From contig CAVVJD010000021.1 of assembly GCA_963748455.1 (NCBI GenBank), forward strand, positions 398,906 to 462,905: a stretch of DNA of 64,000 nucleotides, read 5' to 3'. Origin of the DNA: an uncultured Alphaproteobacteria bacterium (GTDB lineage: Bacteria > Pseudomonadota > Alphaproteobacteria > CACIAM-22H2). Made by a program: the position numbers and the translations under genes. The notes under the pieces are model-generated. The model searched no databases. It was not told the DNA's origin and worked only from the letters and a program-made list of their open reading frames with translations. This document shows, in pieces, positions 42,998 through 55,626 of this stretch (within the stretch, counting starts at the first letter, position 1; each line of letters begins with the position of its first letter).

Positions 42998-45244
42998 CTA
43001 CTTCTGCAGCGCGCGTACGATGCCGACCCAGTCGGCGGGCGGGCGGTTCGACTCGCGGAACGCGGCGATGCGCTCGGCATAGAGCGCATAGAGCCCGTCC
43101 AGACGGCCGCGCGCGGCGGCGCGGCATTGCACGAGGAGGGCGGTGGCGCGGTCCCAGTCGCGCCGGCGATAGGCTTCGAGCATCGCGCGATGGCCCTGCT
43201 CCAGCGCCTTGAACCACTCCTCGCCAGCGGCCGACTGATCGCCCATCAATGCGAAGATGCGCACCGGCCGCTCCTTGCCCTTGACCTGGATGAGGTCGAG
43301 CTCGATCAGCGCGAAGCCTCCGAGGCGTGCGGCGCGTGTTCTCGCCGAGCACGATCGGCACGCCGTAGGTCTTGCGACTGGCCTTCGAGCCGCGAGGCGA
43401 GGTTCACGTCATCGCCGATCACGGTGTAGTCGAAGCGCTGCGTCCGAGCCCATGTTGCCGACGCAGCAAGCGCCGGTGTTGAGGCCGATGCCGATCGCGA
43501 TCGGCGTGAATTGCCGCCCGTCCGCGCGCGCCTCGGCCTGCCAGCTCGGCGTTGAGACGCGTCGAGCTCCTCGAGCATCGCCAGCGCCGCCTTGGCGGCG
43601 TTATCGGCATGATCGGGATCGTCGAGCGGCGCGTTCCAGAACGCCATGATCGCGTCGCCCATGTATTTGTCGATCGTGCCGCGCTGCGCGATGGATCGAT
43701 CGCCGTCATCGGCGTCAGGAAGCGGTTGATGAAGCGGCGTGAGCCTGCCGGCGTCGAGCTCTCCGAGATCGAGGTGAAGCCGCGGATGTCGGAGAACATG
43801 CATCGTCATCTCGCGCGTCTCGCCGCCGAGCTGCAGCCGCTCGGGATCGCGCGCGAGCTGCTCGACCACCGTCGGGGGCGAGGTAATGCCGAATTGATGC
43901 GCGGATGCGGCGCGCGTTCCGATTCCGTGCGCAGAAAGACCAGCAGCCGACTGCGTCAGATACATCAGCAGCACGACCGTGGCCGGATAGACGGGATCGA
44001 GCAACCAGCCGCGCCAGACGAACATCGTCCAGGACAGGCCACCGGCGATGGCGAGACCGAGCACGCCGATAAACGCGCACCAGGCGGGCCCGCGGCGTGG
44101 CAGGAGAATAGAGCAACGCCCCGCCCAACACGATCATGAAGATGCAGCTCTGCGCCCGTCATCCAGTCCGGCCGTGTCAGAAACTGGTTGAGGATGATCT
44201 GCTCGGCAATGCGGGCGTGAATCTCGACGCCCGCGCCGGTGAGGTTGAGCGGTGTCGCACGCAAATCGCGCAAGCCCGCGGCGGACGTGCCGATGAACAC
44301 GATCATGCCGGTGAGCGTCGACGGCGCCCTTTTCCGACTCCAGCACTTTCCAGGCCGGGATGACACGTTCCGGCACATGGCCGGTATCGATGCAGCCAAA
44401 GCCGCCCTTCGTTATCGGTTGGCACGATCGCACGGCCGATGCGCACATAGTTGATCCCGGTCTTCTCGCCGAAGCCGGTCTGCTGATTGGCGCCGGACGC
44501 CTTGATGATGTAGGCTCGTCGCGCCCTGGGCGATGCGTAGCGATTCCGCGACCAGCGATGGATAGATCAACGAACGCTCCTCGCTCTGTCCGCGCAGACC
44601 AAACATCAGCGGAATGCGGCGCACGATGCCGTCGCGCTCCGGCACGACATTGAAACTGCCCTGCCCGCCGGCAGCGTTCTCGACCATCGGAAGGTTTGTC
44701 ACCGCGCCAGCGAAGGTCGGCACGAACAGCCGCGGATCGTCACCCGCCTCGGCCAGCCCCCATTTGACCGCCGGCCGCGCCGGTGCCCGGCGTTCCGGTC
44801 AGCACCATGCCCAGCACGGTGGGCACGTTCTTGACCGCCTTGGCCAACTCCGCATCGTGGTCGCGCAGGCCCTGCATGCGCAGGATCTGCGGCATGTTGT
44901 TGACCTGCGCCCAGAGCGGGAAAACCTGCGCTGGGAGAGGTGCGGTCGGCCTCCGCGAACACGATGTCGAGGGCCACCGCCGCGGCACCGCTCTCGCCCA
45001 GGCGATTGATCAGGGCCGCCATCTGGGTGCGCGGCCAGGGCCACTGGCCGAGCTTATCCAGGGTCGCATCGTCGATGTCGACGATGCGCACGCCTGCGTC
45101 TTCGTAGGGCGTGGGCGACAGGCGCTGGTATTCGTCAAACACTAGCAACCGCAGGCGCTCCAACGGAATCGGATCGTCGATGCGCCAGGCCACCGCCGCC
45201 ACGAGCAGAAGCGACGGCACGAGCCAGGTCAGGTGGCGTTTCAT
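42998..45244 (-). pseudogene. CHASE2-sensor class III adenylate/guanylate cyclase, heavily fragmented (at least 12 frameshifts)
   Basis: Collinear pieces are scattered over all three minus frames: MKRHLTWLVPSLLLV...VDIDDATLDKLGQWPWPR (CHASE2), AQVFPLWAQVNN..., PTFAGAVTNLPMVENAAGGQGSFN, GMIVFIGTSAAGLRDLRATPL..GVEIHA, TM segments, MFSDIRGFTSISE, GTIDKYMGDAIMAFWNAP, FDYTVIGDDVNLASRLEG, and a C-terminal tail to TAG 42998. Confidence 0.8.
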
Positions 45245-45334
45245 CGCGGCAAAAGGCCGGCCGGAGTCGTCATGATCCGGCCAACTCACCAGAAACGCCG
45301 CGCCGGTGCAACAAAACTGCCGCGCCGGTCGCCG

Positions 45335-45679
45335 TCAGCGATTAAGGAACGGATTGGGCCGGCCGCGCTGGCGCGGGGGGAAGTTGGCCGCCAGATAGTC
45401 GAGAATCAGCACCCGGTCGTCGGCGTCGAAGGCCGGCATGTTGTGGCGCGACGACATGTAGTCGATGGTTTCGTCCCAGCGTTCGCGCGACATACCCTGC
45501 TGACGCACCAGGGCGAAGCCATGACAGGCGGTGCAGCCGTAGAACGTCTCCTCGCGCCCCTTGCCCTGGGGTAGATCGTCGGGGCTTTCGTCCTCGGCCC
45601 AGGCGGAAGCCGCCATGGCGAGCGGCACGGCCAACACCACCGCGAACCAGCGCGCAGCGATGGAGCGCCGTCTTGTCAC
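45335..45679 (-). CDS. sorB: c-type cytochrome (SorB-like sulfite dehydrogenase subunit)
   Basis: GTG 45679 overlaps the sorA stop (GTGA). Signal peptide, then the heme motif CTACH. Confidence 0.7.
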   Translation of the reverse strand: MTRRRSIAARWFAVVLAVPLAMAASAWAEDESPDDLPQGKGREETFYGCTACHGFALVRQQGMSRERWDETIDYMSSRHNMPAFDADDRVLILDYLAANFPPRQRGRPNPFLNR

Positions 45680-47004
45680 GCCTTCACGAGCACCGCGACG
45701 CGGTGGAGCGGGTTGGCGCCATAGCCTTGCGGATTCCAACCGCCCGCGACATGCGGCTGCATCCGGCCATCGGCATCGGTGGCGCGCGACCAGATCTCGA
45801 AATAGCCGGCACTGGGCAGCGTGAGCGACGCGGTCCAGCGTTGCCAGGCATATTTGTTGGCCGGCGCGCTCAGCTGCACGGGCTGCCAGCTCTCGCCGAA
45901 ATCGATCGAGACGTGCACGGCCCGAACTGTTTTCTCGCCCGCCCAGGCAGCGCCGCGCACCGCAAGCTGGCGCGTGCCGCCGGACAGCTCGGTGCCGTTC
46001 GCGGGACTGCTGACGATCGAGCGCACCGGCATCGATTCGAGGATTTTCGTGTCCTTCTCGTCCCCCTTGCCGCCGGGGACCATCGGCGTCTTCATCGTGC
46101 GATACGAAAACCCGCCCATGCCGGCGCCGTCGTGCTCCTTGTCGCGGAGCCAGATGCGGGTCAGCCATTTCTGCGACACCGAGCCGGGCCAGCCGGGAAT
46201 AACCAGACGGAGCGGCCCGCCATGGATATGCGGGATCGGCTCGCCGTTCATGCGCAGCGCCACGAGCGTGTGTTCCTCCATCGCCTTGGCGATGGGCACG
46301 CCGCGCGAAATCGTCACCTGGCTGGGATTGCCCGACAGGTGCGTGTCCGCGCCGTAGTGACCGGTATAGACCGCGATGGATTTGAGGCCCGCGGCCTGCA
46401 GCACGTCGCGCAGCCGCACGCCGGTCCATTCGGCGCAACCGGCCGCACCGTTGCCCCACTGATTGCCGCGCGTTTCGGGCGAGAAGAACGAGCGGCCATT
46501 GCCGCCGCATTCCATCTGCAGCTTGAAACTCGCTTGCTGGAAACGCTGCTCCAGCTCGCCTGCCGTCAGCTCGAGCTTGTTGTTGACCTCGCCGTCGACG
46601 ACGAATTTCCACGCCTTGGGATCGGCCGGCGCATCGGGCGGCAGGCCGTTGTTGCGCACGAAATACTTGGCGTTGGGGGTCACATCGTCATCGAGCATGT
46701 GCTCGGGCGTCTCGGCATTGAGCGGGCGATCCTGGAGAACAACCAGGCCCGCCTTGCCATCCATCTTCAACAGCACCGGCGCTGCGGCTGGCGTTTGCGC
46801 CTGTGCGACCGGGATCAGGCCGGCGGGCATGAAACGGGCGAAGGGAATGGCGGCGCCGACGGTGGCGCCGATAGCCGCGAGGCCAGCGCCTTGCAAGAAA
46901 CCGCGCCGGCTGGCACCGGTGCGACGAGCGAAGACCAGCGCGTCGGCGCGCTCCGGATCGTCGCGATAAAGTTCAGTAAGTCCGCGTTCGCGTTTCAGCA
47001 CCAT
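45676..47004 (-). CDS. sorA: Molybdopterin sulfite dehydrogenase / sulfite-oxidase family (SorA-like)
   Basis: Tat signal SRRGFLQGAGLAA; ...YFVRNNG...MECGGNGRS...WGNGAAGCAEWTGVRL...GGPLRLVIPGW.... Confidence 0.8.
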   Translation of the reverse strand: MVLKRERGLTELYRDDPERADALVFARRTGASRRGFLQGAGLAAIGATVGAAIPFARFMPAGLIPVAQAQTPAAAPVLLKMDGKAGLVVLQDRPLNAETPEHMLDDDVTPNAKYFVRNNGLPPDAPADPKAWKFVVDGEVNNKLELTAGELEQRFQQASFKLQMECGGNGRSFFSPETRGNQWGNGAAGCAEWTGVRLRDVLQAAGLKSIAVYTGHYGADTHLSGNPSQVTISRGVPIAKAMEEHTLVALRMNGEPIPHIHGGPLRLVIPGWPGSVSQKWLTRIWLRDKEHDGAGMGGFSYRTMKTPMVPGGKGDEKDTKILESMPVRSIVSSPANGTELSGGTRQLAVRGAAWAGEKTVRAVHVSIDFGESWQPVQLSAPANKYAWQRWTASLTLPSAGYFEIWSRATDADGRMQPHVAGGWNPQGYGANPLHRVAVLVKA

Positions 47005-47088
47005 GGCGTACACCTCCCCACAATGGACGTCGCGATCGGCCGGATATTCCGGCGTCGCGCTGTTTTTCTTATATTAGCTTTACATAAT

Positions 47089-47334
47089 TTACGGCTTTTG
47101 CAAACGCGGCCCATAAGGGTTGTGCAGCGAATTGATGACGTCGTGCAGCACCTGGCGCAGCTGCGCCTCGTCGCAGCCCATCAGCACCGCGTCCTCGAGC
47201 GCTTCCTGGGCGATGGCCTGGATTTCGCGCAGATTGTCGTTCAGCACTTTGATTTTCTCGGCGCAGGAGACGGGCGTGCCGTCGGGATGAGTCCAGACCC
47301 CGGGAATGTTCGTTCTGGCGGGCTTGTCTTGCAT
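47089..47334 (-). CDS. Small hypothetical protein (81 aa)
   Basis: ATG 47334 (MQDKPARTNIPGVWTHPDGTPVSCAEKIKVLNDNLREIQAIAQEALEDAVLMGC...). Codon usage is consistent with its neighbours; no family recognised. Confidence 0.4.
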   Translation of the reverse strand: MQDKPARTNIPGVWTHPDGTPVSCAEKIKVLNDNLREIQAIAQEALEDAVLMGCDEAQLRQVLHDVINSLHNPYGPRLQKP

Positions 47335-47420
47335 CGGCGCCTCTCTCCCGAAATTGCGACGGCGGCGTTCCACGCCCTCAATTCGGCATCTAGGCAGCGG
47401 GGCCGCGCCGTGCAATCGGC

Positions 47421-47470
47421 GAAAAGCACAAACGACAACCGCCGGCCGCAGCAAAGCCGCGGCCGGCGGT
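47421..47470 (-). terminator. Rho-independent terminator after the surface-antigen lipoprotein gene
   Basis: Minus strand: ACCGCCGGCCGC-GGCTTTGCT-GCGGCCGGCGGT (47470-47438), followed by TTGTCGTTTGTGCTTTTC. Confidence 0.65.
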
Positions 47471-47494
47471 GACGCTCGAGTGATGGACGCAGGA

Positions 47495-47971
47495 TTACTG
47501 CGTCACGCGCCAGCTACCATCCGGCTGGCGGCAGGCAGTGCCGTAGCCGCGCTCGACCTGGCCGCCGACCTGGATGGTCTGCTGGAATTCGCGGCAATAT
47601 TCGCCGGTTGCCGTGTTCTGGCCCTCGCGCGTGGGCGTGACCCAGCCGCGATTGCCGGTTTCGGGATTGTCCCAGGCAATGGTCTGTCCGACCGGAGCGG
47701 CCTGGGCGCGAGACTGCGCCTGGCTGGCGTAGACCGCGTCGGCGCGGTCGAGCGAGCGGCCGGCCTCATGGCCGATCAAGGCGCCACCAAGCACGCCGGC
47801 CGCCACCGCCGCCAGCTTGCCATTGCCCTTGCCGAACTGCGCGCCGAGCAAACCGCCGCCGGCCGCGCCCAGAAGCGTGCCGCCCGTCGTCTTGTTGAAG
47901 CCGCCGCCATATTCGTTGCCCGCACAACCCGCCAGCATCGCCAGCGCCGCGACAGCCGCCACGATACGCAT
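47495..47971 (-). CDS. 17 kDa surface-antigen-type lipoprotein (glycine zipper plus C-terminal domain)
   Basis: Lipobox MLAGC; Gly-rich GGTLLGAAGGGLLGAQFGKGNG...GVLGGALIG; C-terminal ...TGEYCREFQQTI...GTACRQPDGSW. Confidence 0.75.
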   Translation of the reverse strand: MRIVAAVAALAMLAGCAGNEYGGGFNKTTGGTLLGAAGGGLLGAQFGKGNGKLAAVAAGVLGGALIGHEAGRSLDRADAVYASQAQSRAQAAPVGQTIAWDNPETGNRGWVTPTREGQNTATGEYCREFQQTIQVGGQVERGYGTACRQPDGSWRVTQ

Positions 47972-48200
47972 TGTCCTTCTCCGTTGAGTTCGTCGATGCG
48001 GGGGGCGTTCCCCCGATCGCGCCGATAACGGGTAGCCCGTCTGCCCTATTCCGGCCGCCGCCCTGGCGAAGGGATGGGTGCCAATTCCTTTCGCTATGTT
48101 GATTAAAAATTGTGACTACCAATTCTTAACGACAATCAACGCATACTCGGCGTGCGCGCATGTCTTTTGAGCCGAGGATCCGCCGAAAAGGCCCAATCCC

Positions 48201-51626
<3,426 letters not shown>

Positions 51627-51669
51627 GGATCGTCGGTAGCGTCCTCGCATCGGGCCCTCTTGCGGTCCG

Positions 51670-52062
51670 CTATTCCGGCTTTCCCGGCTGTAGGTCGATG
51701 CGCATCTGCTGCGCGCGAAGCGTTCCCTGGACACCATAGGAACCGTCCCACGCGAGCTGAACGCCACCCGGGACTGCGATCACTTCCAGATCGCCGATAA
51801 TTCCGACCAGATTGAAATCGTTCAGCGACACATACGTAACGCCATCCAAGGTGATGGTCACGACGACATGCTTGTCGAGCACATAGTAGCCGCGCTCATC
51901 GACCTCATCGGTCATCCGAAATGCGTGGATCCGCAGGGTGCTCTTGCCCTGACTCGCGAGATTGATTTCGAGGAGCTCGGCGTCGTGAAAATGCGGCACG
52001 CGGCCAAACCACTCGATCAGGGCCGACCCTCCGGGCACGGTATGCAACACCGCATTGTCCAC
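51670..52062 (-). CDS. Hypothetical 130-aa protein; weak motif-level resemblance to Imm50-type immunity proteins
   Basis: GTG 52062 preceded by GGAGAG. ...LIEWFGRVPHFHDAELLEINL...STLRIHAFRMT...VVVTITLDGVTYVSLNDFN.... Family assignment is from memory only. Confidence 0.4.
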   Translation of the reverse strand: MDNAVLHTVPGGSALIEWFGRVPHFHDAELLEINLASQGKSTLRIHAFRMTDEVDERGYYVLDKHVVVTITLDGVTYVSLNDFNLVGIIGDLEVIAVPGGVQLAWDGSYGVQGTLRAQQMRIDLQPGKPE

Positions 52063-52082
52063 GTGTCTCTCTCCGCGCTCCG

Positions 52083-52913
52083 TTAACTCCCCACCAGCAC
52101 CGGCGCCACCAGCGAGCGCAGGGCCGCGAGGATGCTGGGCGCTACGATGCGGCTGGTGCGCGGATTGTCGGAGGGGCGGTTGCGGCTGATCAGCGTCAAC
52201 GCGATGTCGTCGGCCTCGACCTCGACATGATGGATGGCGCCGCGGATGTCCTTGTCGGCCCAGACCTCGATCTGCGTGCGCTCGAAGCCGATGCCGCCGA
52301 GGCTGAGCGTCACGGCCACATTGAAGTGACGCGGGAACGCGAGGGCGGCGTCGCGCGCGGAGCCGGCGAAGACCATCACCGGCTGGGCGGGCGGCGTCGA
52401 GAAATCGAAGCCGCGATCGCGGATGTACTTCTCGTGCGCAAGCGAGTCCGGACGGATGCGCGAGGTCAGCTTGACCGAGCGGATCGTGCCTTCCTTGGCG
52501 CTGCGGATAATGTCGAGGCCGGGCAAGGCGCCGCTCGCCACGCGCACGCGCCCGCCATGCTTCTGCGCGAGATCGACCAACTCGGGACAATTCGGCAAAC
52601 CGCCGACGCTGACGGCGATCAGCATCTTACCGGCGCTGACGACCGTGCGGGCGATCTCGGGGAACGCGTCTGCGGTCGCGCACTCGACAATGACATCGGC
52701 GTGGTTCGGGAGGTCCGCCAGCGGGACGACTTTGGGTGCGGGCGTGAACGCGGCGGCATTGCCCTTCGCCTTGGCAAGGTCGCGCGCCGCGACAGCGGTC
52801 AATCTGATCTCGGGGATGGCGCCGGCGACCAGGCGGCGCGCCAGCTCCTGCCCCACCGTGCCGAAGCCGGCGAGACCGACTTTGAGCGGATTGGCGGCGC
52901 TGGGGAGACTCAT
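52083..52913 (-). CDS. Aspartate dehydrogenase domain (NadX/DUF108) family oxidoreductase
   Basis: ...KVGLAGFGTVGQEL (Rossmann)...VIVECAT...SGALPGLDIIRSA...NVAVTLSLGG...IHHVEVEADD.... Confidence 0.7.
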   Translation of the reverse strand: MSLPSAANPLKVGLAGFGTVGQELARRLVAGAIPEIRLTAVAARDLAKAKGNAAAFTPAPKVVPLADLPNHADVIVECATADAFPEIARTVVSAGKMLIAVSVGGLPNCPELVDLAQKHGGRVRVASGALPGLDIIRSAKEGTIRSVKLTSRIRPDSLAHEKYIRDRGFDFSTPPAQPVMVFAGSARDAALAFPRHFNVAVTLSLGGIGFERTQIEVWADKDIRGAIHHVEVEADDIALTLISRNRPSDNPRTSRIVAPSILAALRSLVAPVLVGS

Positions 52914-54298
52914 GTGCCGACCTTCGCACGCAACAGGGAGGCGTATTCGTCGATCGTGGGCGCGCCGGCGAGGGCGAAGATGGCGGCGCGTAGTTTTTTC
53001 ACCCGTTCCGGCGACGCCACGCTGCCGGCCAGCGCCGTGAACTTGGCGTCGAGCTCGGCGGATGCGAGCGGCACCTCGGGATAGCCGCGCGCGACGTCGT
53101 TGCGGCGCTCGAAGCGGCGGCCATCCTTCGTCTCGACCTCGATAATCGTCGCATAGAAGTCCGGGAAGAGCTTCTCTAGCTCGTCGTCGGCGACGACCTC
53201 GACCTTACGCGCCAGCGACGCCACGTTGGCATCGCCGATGCGGCGGTCGATAAAGATGTCGGCCACCGCTAGCCCGCGATTCACCACCGCCACCGGCAGG
53301 ATGTATTGCGCGCAATGGCTCTTGAGCGGGTTGGCGTCGACGCAATGCACGCCCGAGGTCGGGAAGCGCAGGACAAGCTTCGCGATCGCATCGTGCGACA
53401 GGTTCTCGTCGCGCACCAGGCCGAGCAGCGCGTCGAGGCCGGGATGCAGGAACGAGACGCAGGAATACGGCTTGATCGCCAGTTCCATGATGCCGTCATG
53501 CTTGCGGCCGAGATCGGCGAGCAGGCGCTGCGGGCGCGGCTCGCGGCTGAAGGCGTTGAAGACGGTGTGGCCGTGGTCGAACACGCCATGCGGGCCGCCG
53601 AAGCCGCGCGCCGCCAGCAAGGCCGCCGTCACGCCGTTGCGCGCGGCCATGCCCATCTGGAAGGGCCGCGCATTCTCGGTCGGGTCGCTTTCCCACGCCA
53701 TCATGCCGGAGGCCTGACACGCGGCGAGGCCCAATGCACGGCCCACCGCCTCGTGCTTGAGGCCGAGCAGATACGACGCGGCGGCGGTGGCGCCGAACGC
53801 GCCGCACACCGCCGAAGGATGGAAGCCGAGGTGATATTGCTGCGCGGGCCCCAGCGCCATCGAGACGCGGTATTCGATCTCGCAGCCGAGCGCCACGGCG
53901 GCGAGGAACTGCGCGCCGGTGGCGCCCACCCGCTCGCTCAACGCCAGCGCGGTCGGCACCATTACCGCGATGGGATGAAGGATGCCTTCCGGGTGATGCG
54001 GCTCGACATCGCAGGCATAGCCCATCGTGCCGTTGGCAAGGGCCGCGTTGATGCACGACGTGCGCTGGCCTGTGCCGACCAAGCTCGCCTCCTCGCGCCC
54101 GCCCTGGTCGAGCGCGAATTCGGCGATCAGCCGGCCGGTCGAGTAATCCGGGTTGGCGGCGGCAATGAGCGCGCCGGTGCCATCATAGACGACCGTACGG
54201 GTCATCTCGACGAGCGCCGTCGGCATGCGCTCAGGCGCCCAGTGGGCGATATAGTCCGCGAGCGCGTCGGTCAGAGGGGCGTGGGTGGAGGCGGACAT
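52910..54298 (-). CDS. MmgE/PrpD family protein (2-methylcitrate dehydratase-like)
   Basis: MSASTHAPLTDALADYIAHW...ALANGTMGYACDVEPHH...GFHPSAVCGAFGA...; the stop overlaps the downstream ATG (ATGA). Confidence 0.8.
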   Translation of the reverse strand: MSASTHAPLTDALADYIAHWAPERMPTALVEMTRTVVYDGTGALIAAANPDYSTGRLIAEFALDQGGREEASLVGTGQRTSCINAALANGTMGYACDVEPHHPEGILHPIAVMVPTALALSERVGATGAQFLAAVALGCEIEYRVSMALGPAQQYHLGFHPSAVCGAFGATAAASYLLGLKHEAVGRALGLAACQASGMMAWESDPTENARPFQMGMAARNGVTAALLAARGFGGPHGVFDHGHTVFNAFSREPRPQRLLADLGRKHDGIMELAIKPYSCVSFLHPGLDALLGLVRDENLSHDAIAKLVLRFPTSGVHCVDANPLKSHCAQYILPVAVVNRGLAVADIFIDRRIGDANVASLARKVEVVADDELEKLFPDFYATIIEVETKDGRRFERRNDVARGYPEVPLASAELDAKFTALAGSVASPERVKKLRAAIFALAGAPTIDEYASLLRAKVGT

Positions 54299-54330
54299 GA
54301 TCGTTTCCGTTTTGAAGGCACCGCGAGCCT

Positions 54331-54357
54331 CATCCTTCGACAAGCTCAGGATGAGGT
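54331..54357. repeat. Half copy of the CCTTCGACAAGCTCAGGATGAGG element
   Basis: Identical core to 3903-3927. Confidence 0.8.
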
Positions 54358-54747
54358 GCTGAAGATGTGACAAGAACGGTCTGTCCCCTCCCCCCTTGTG
54401 GGGGAGGGTTTGGGTGGGGGGTCCGCGAGGAGCCGTCGAATGACATCGAGGACTCCGTCGGTATTGCCAAGCACATCGTGGTTCCAGAAGCGCACGACGC
54501 GAAATCCTTGCGCTTCCATGAGCGCCGTGCGGCGCGCGTCTTTCGCGGCATTGTCATTGTGTTGTCCGCCATCGACTTCGATGACGAGCTTAACTTCGAG
54601 GCAAACGAAGTCGGCGATGTACGGGCCGATTGGAACCTGGCGACGGAAGCGATGGCCGACAATTTGTTTGAGACGCAGACGAGACCAGAGGCGCCGCTCG
54701 GCGTCTGTGAGATTTCCACGCAATAGGCGCGCGCGCTCGTTGGCCAT
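54346..54747 (-). CDS. DUF559 (Vsr-like) endonuclease domain protein
   Basis: MANERARLLRGNLTDAERRLWSRLR...FRRQVPIGPYIADFVCLEVKLVIEVDGGQH...RVVRFWNHDVL.... The C-terminal tail runs into the flanking repeat. Confidence 0.8.
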   Translation of the reverse strand: MANERARLLRGNLTDAERRLWSRLRLKQIVGHRFRRQVPIGPYIADFVCLEVKLVIEVDGGQHNDNAAKDARRTALMEAQGFRVVRFWNHDVLGNTDGVLDVIRRLLADPPPKPSPTRGEGTDRSCHIFSTSS

Positions 54748-54827
54748 CGGAGTGTAGTGTAGCTTACACGATCAACATTGCGCTGGCGGACCCCCCACCC
54801 CAACCCTCCCCCACAAGGGGGGAGGGG
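54385..54827. mobile_element. Candidate compact selfish cassette: DUF559 gene bracketed by 42-bp terminal inverted repeats
   Basis: 54385-54426 CCCCTCCCCCCTTGTGGGGGAGGGTTTGGGTGGGGGGTCCGC versus 54786-54827 GCGGACCCCCCACCCCAACCCTCCCCCACAAGGGGGGAGGGG. The reverse complements match at 41/42 positions. No transposase is present. Confidence 0.4.
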
Positions 54828-54868
54828 GTGCAGCGTGCTGGTCGAAACAGCCTGCAAGAAGCCCATGC

Positions 54869-55624
54869 TCAAAGCGTCAGCCCGCCGTCCACGTGAATGA
54901 CCTGGCCGGTGACGTACGCGGCGTCGGGGGAGCAGAGGAAGTCGATCACGGCGGCGACCTCGGCGGGCTGGCCGACGCGGCCTGTCGGGATGCGCTCGAC
55001 GACGCGCTTCCAGCGCTCGGGGTCGAGGGAGGTTGGCGTGCCGGCTTCTTTCTGGATGTAGCCGGGGACGACGGCGTTGACGGTGATGGCGCGCGCGGCC
55101 ACTTCGACCGCCAGCGATTTCACCAACGCTTCCATGCCCGCCTTGGCGGCGGCGGAGGCCGCGAAGTAATCGCCGCCCAGACGGAAGACGTGGGCCAGGA
55201 ACGACGAGGTGCCGATGATGCGCCCGCCCATGCGCATGAGCGGCAGAGCGGCCTTGCTCATGCGGTAAAATCCCTTGGTGATGGCGGCAAGCGAGTCTTC
55301 CAGCGTCTGCTCATCGAGCGCCTCAACTCCTTTGCGCACGGCGTAGCCGGCGACGTTGAGCACGCAGTCGATGCGGCCGTAGTGTTTGTTCGCCTCATCG
55401 ACAATCCGCGCGACGGTGTCGGCCGTGCCGATGTCGCCCATGACGATGCGTGCCTCGGAGCCGGCGTCGCGCACCGTGGTCGCCACGTTCTCCAGGCGAT
55501 CGCGGCTCTCGCGCGTGTTCAGAATGAAAACACGGTTCGGGCGCGCCATGCGTTCGGCAACAGCGCGGCCGATGCCGGACGCCGCACCCGTGACAATGAT
55601 GACGCGATCGTCAGGTGCCGCCAT
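54869..55624 (-). CDS. SDR family oxidoreductase
   Basis: ...[15 protein letters not shown] (TGxxxGxG)...; 251 aa; C-terminal ...[15 protein letters not shown]. Confidence 0.85.
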   Translation of the reverse strand: MAAPDDRVIIVTGAASGIGRAVAERMARPNRVFILNTRESRDRLENVATTVRDAGSEARIVMGDIGTADTVARIVDEANKHYGRIDCVLNVAGYAVRKGVEALDEQTLEDSLAAITKGFYRMSKAALPLMRMGGRIIGTSSFLAHVFRLGGDYFAASAAAKAGMEALVKSLAVEVAARAITVNAVVPGYIQKEAGTPTSLDPERWKRVVERIPTGRVGQPAEVAAVIDFLCSPDAAYVTGQVIHVDGGLTL

Positions 55625-55626
55625 TC

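Noticed and set aside
47028-47072. Plus-strand hairpin plus T-run (CGCGATCGGCCGGATATTCCGGCGTCGCG CTGTTTTTCTT) between sorA and the small ORF, as a terminator or sRNA end.
   Set aside because: No plus-strand gene or promoter lies upstream of it. On the minus strand, where it sits after the stop of the 81-aa ORF, it lacks a U-tract. It is too ambiguous to call.
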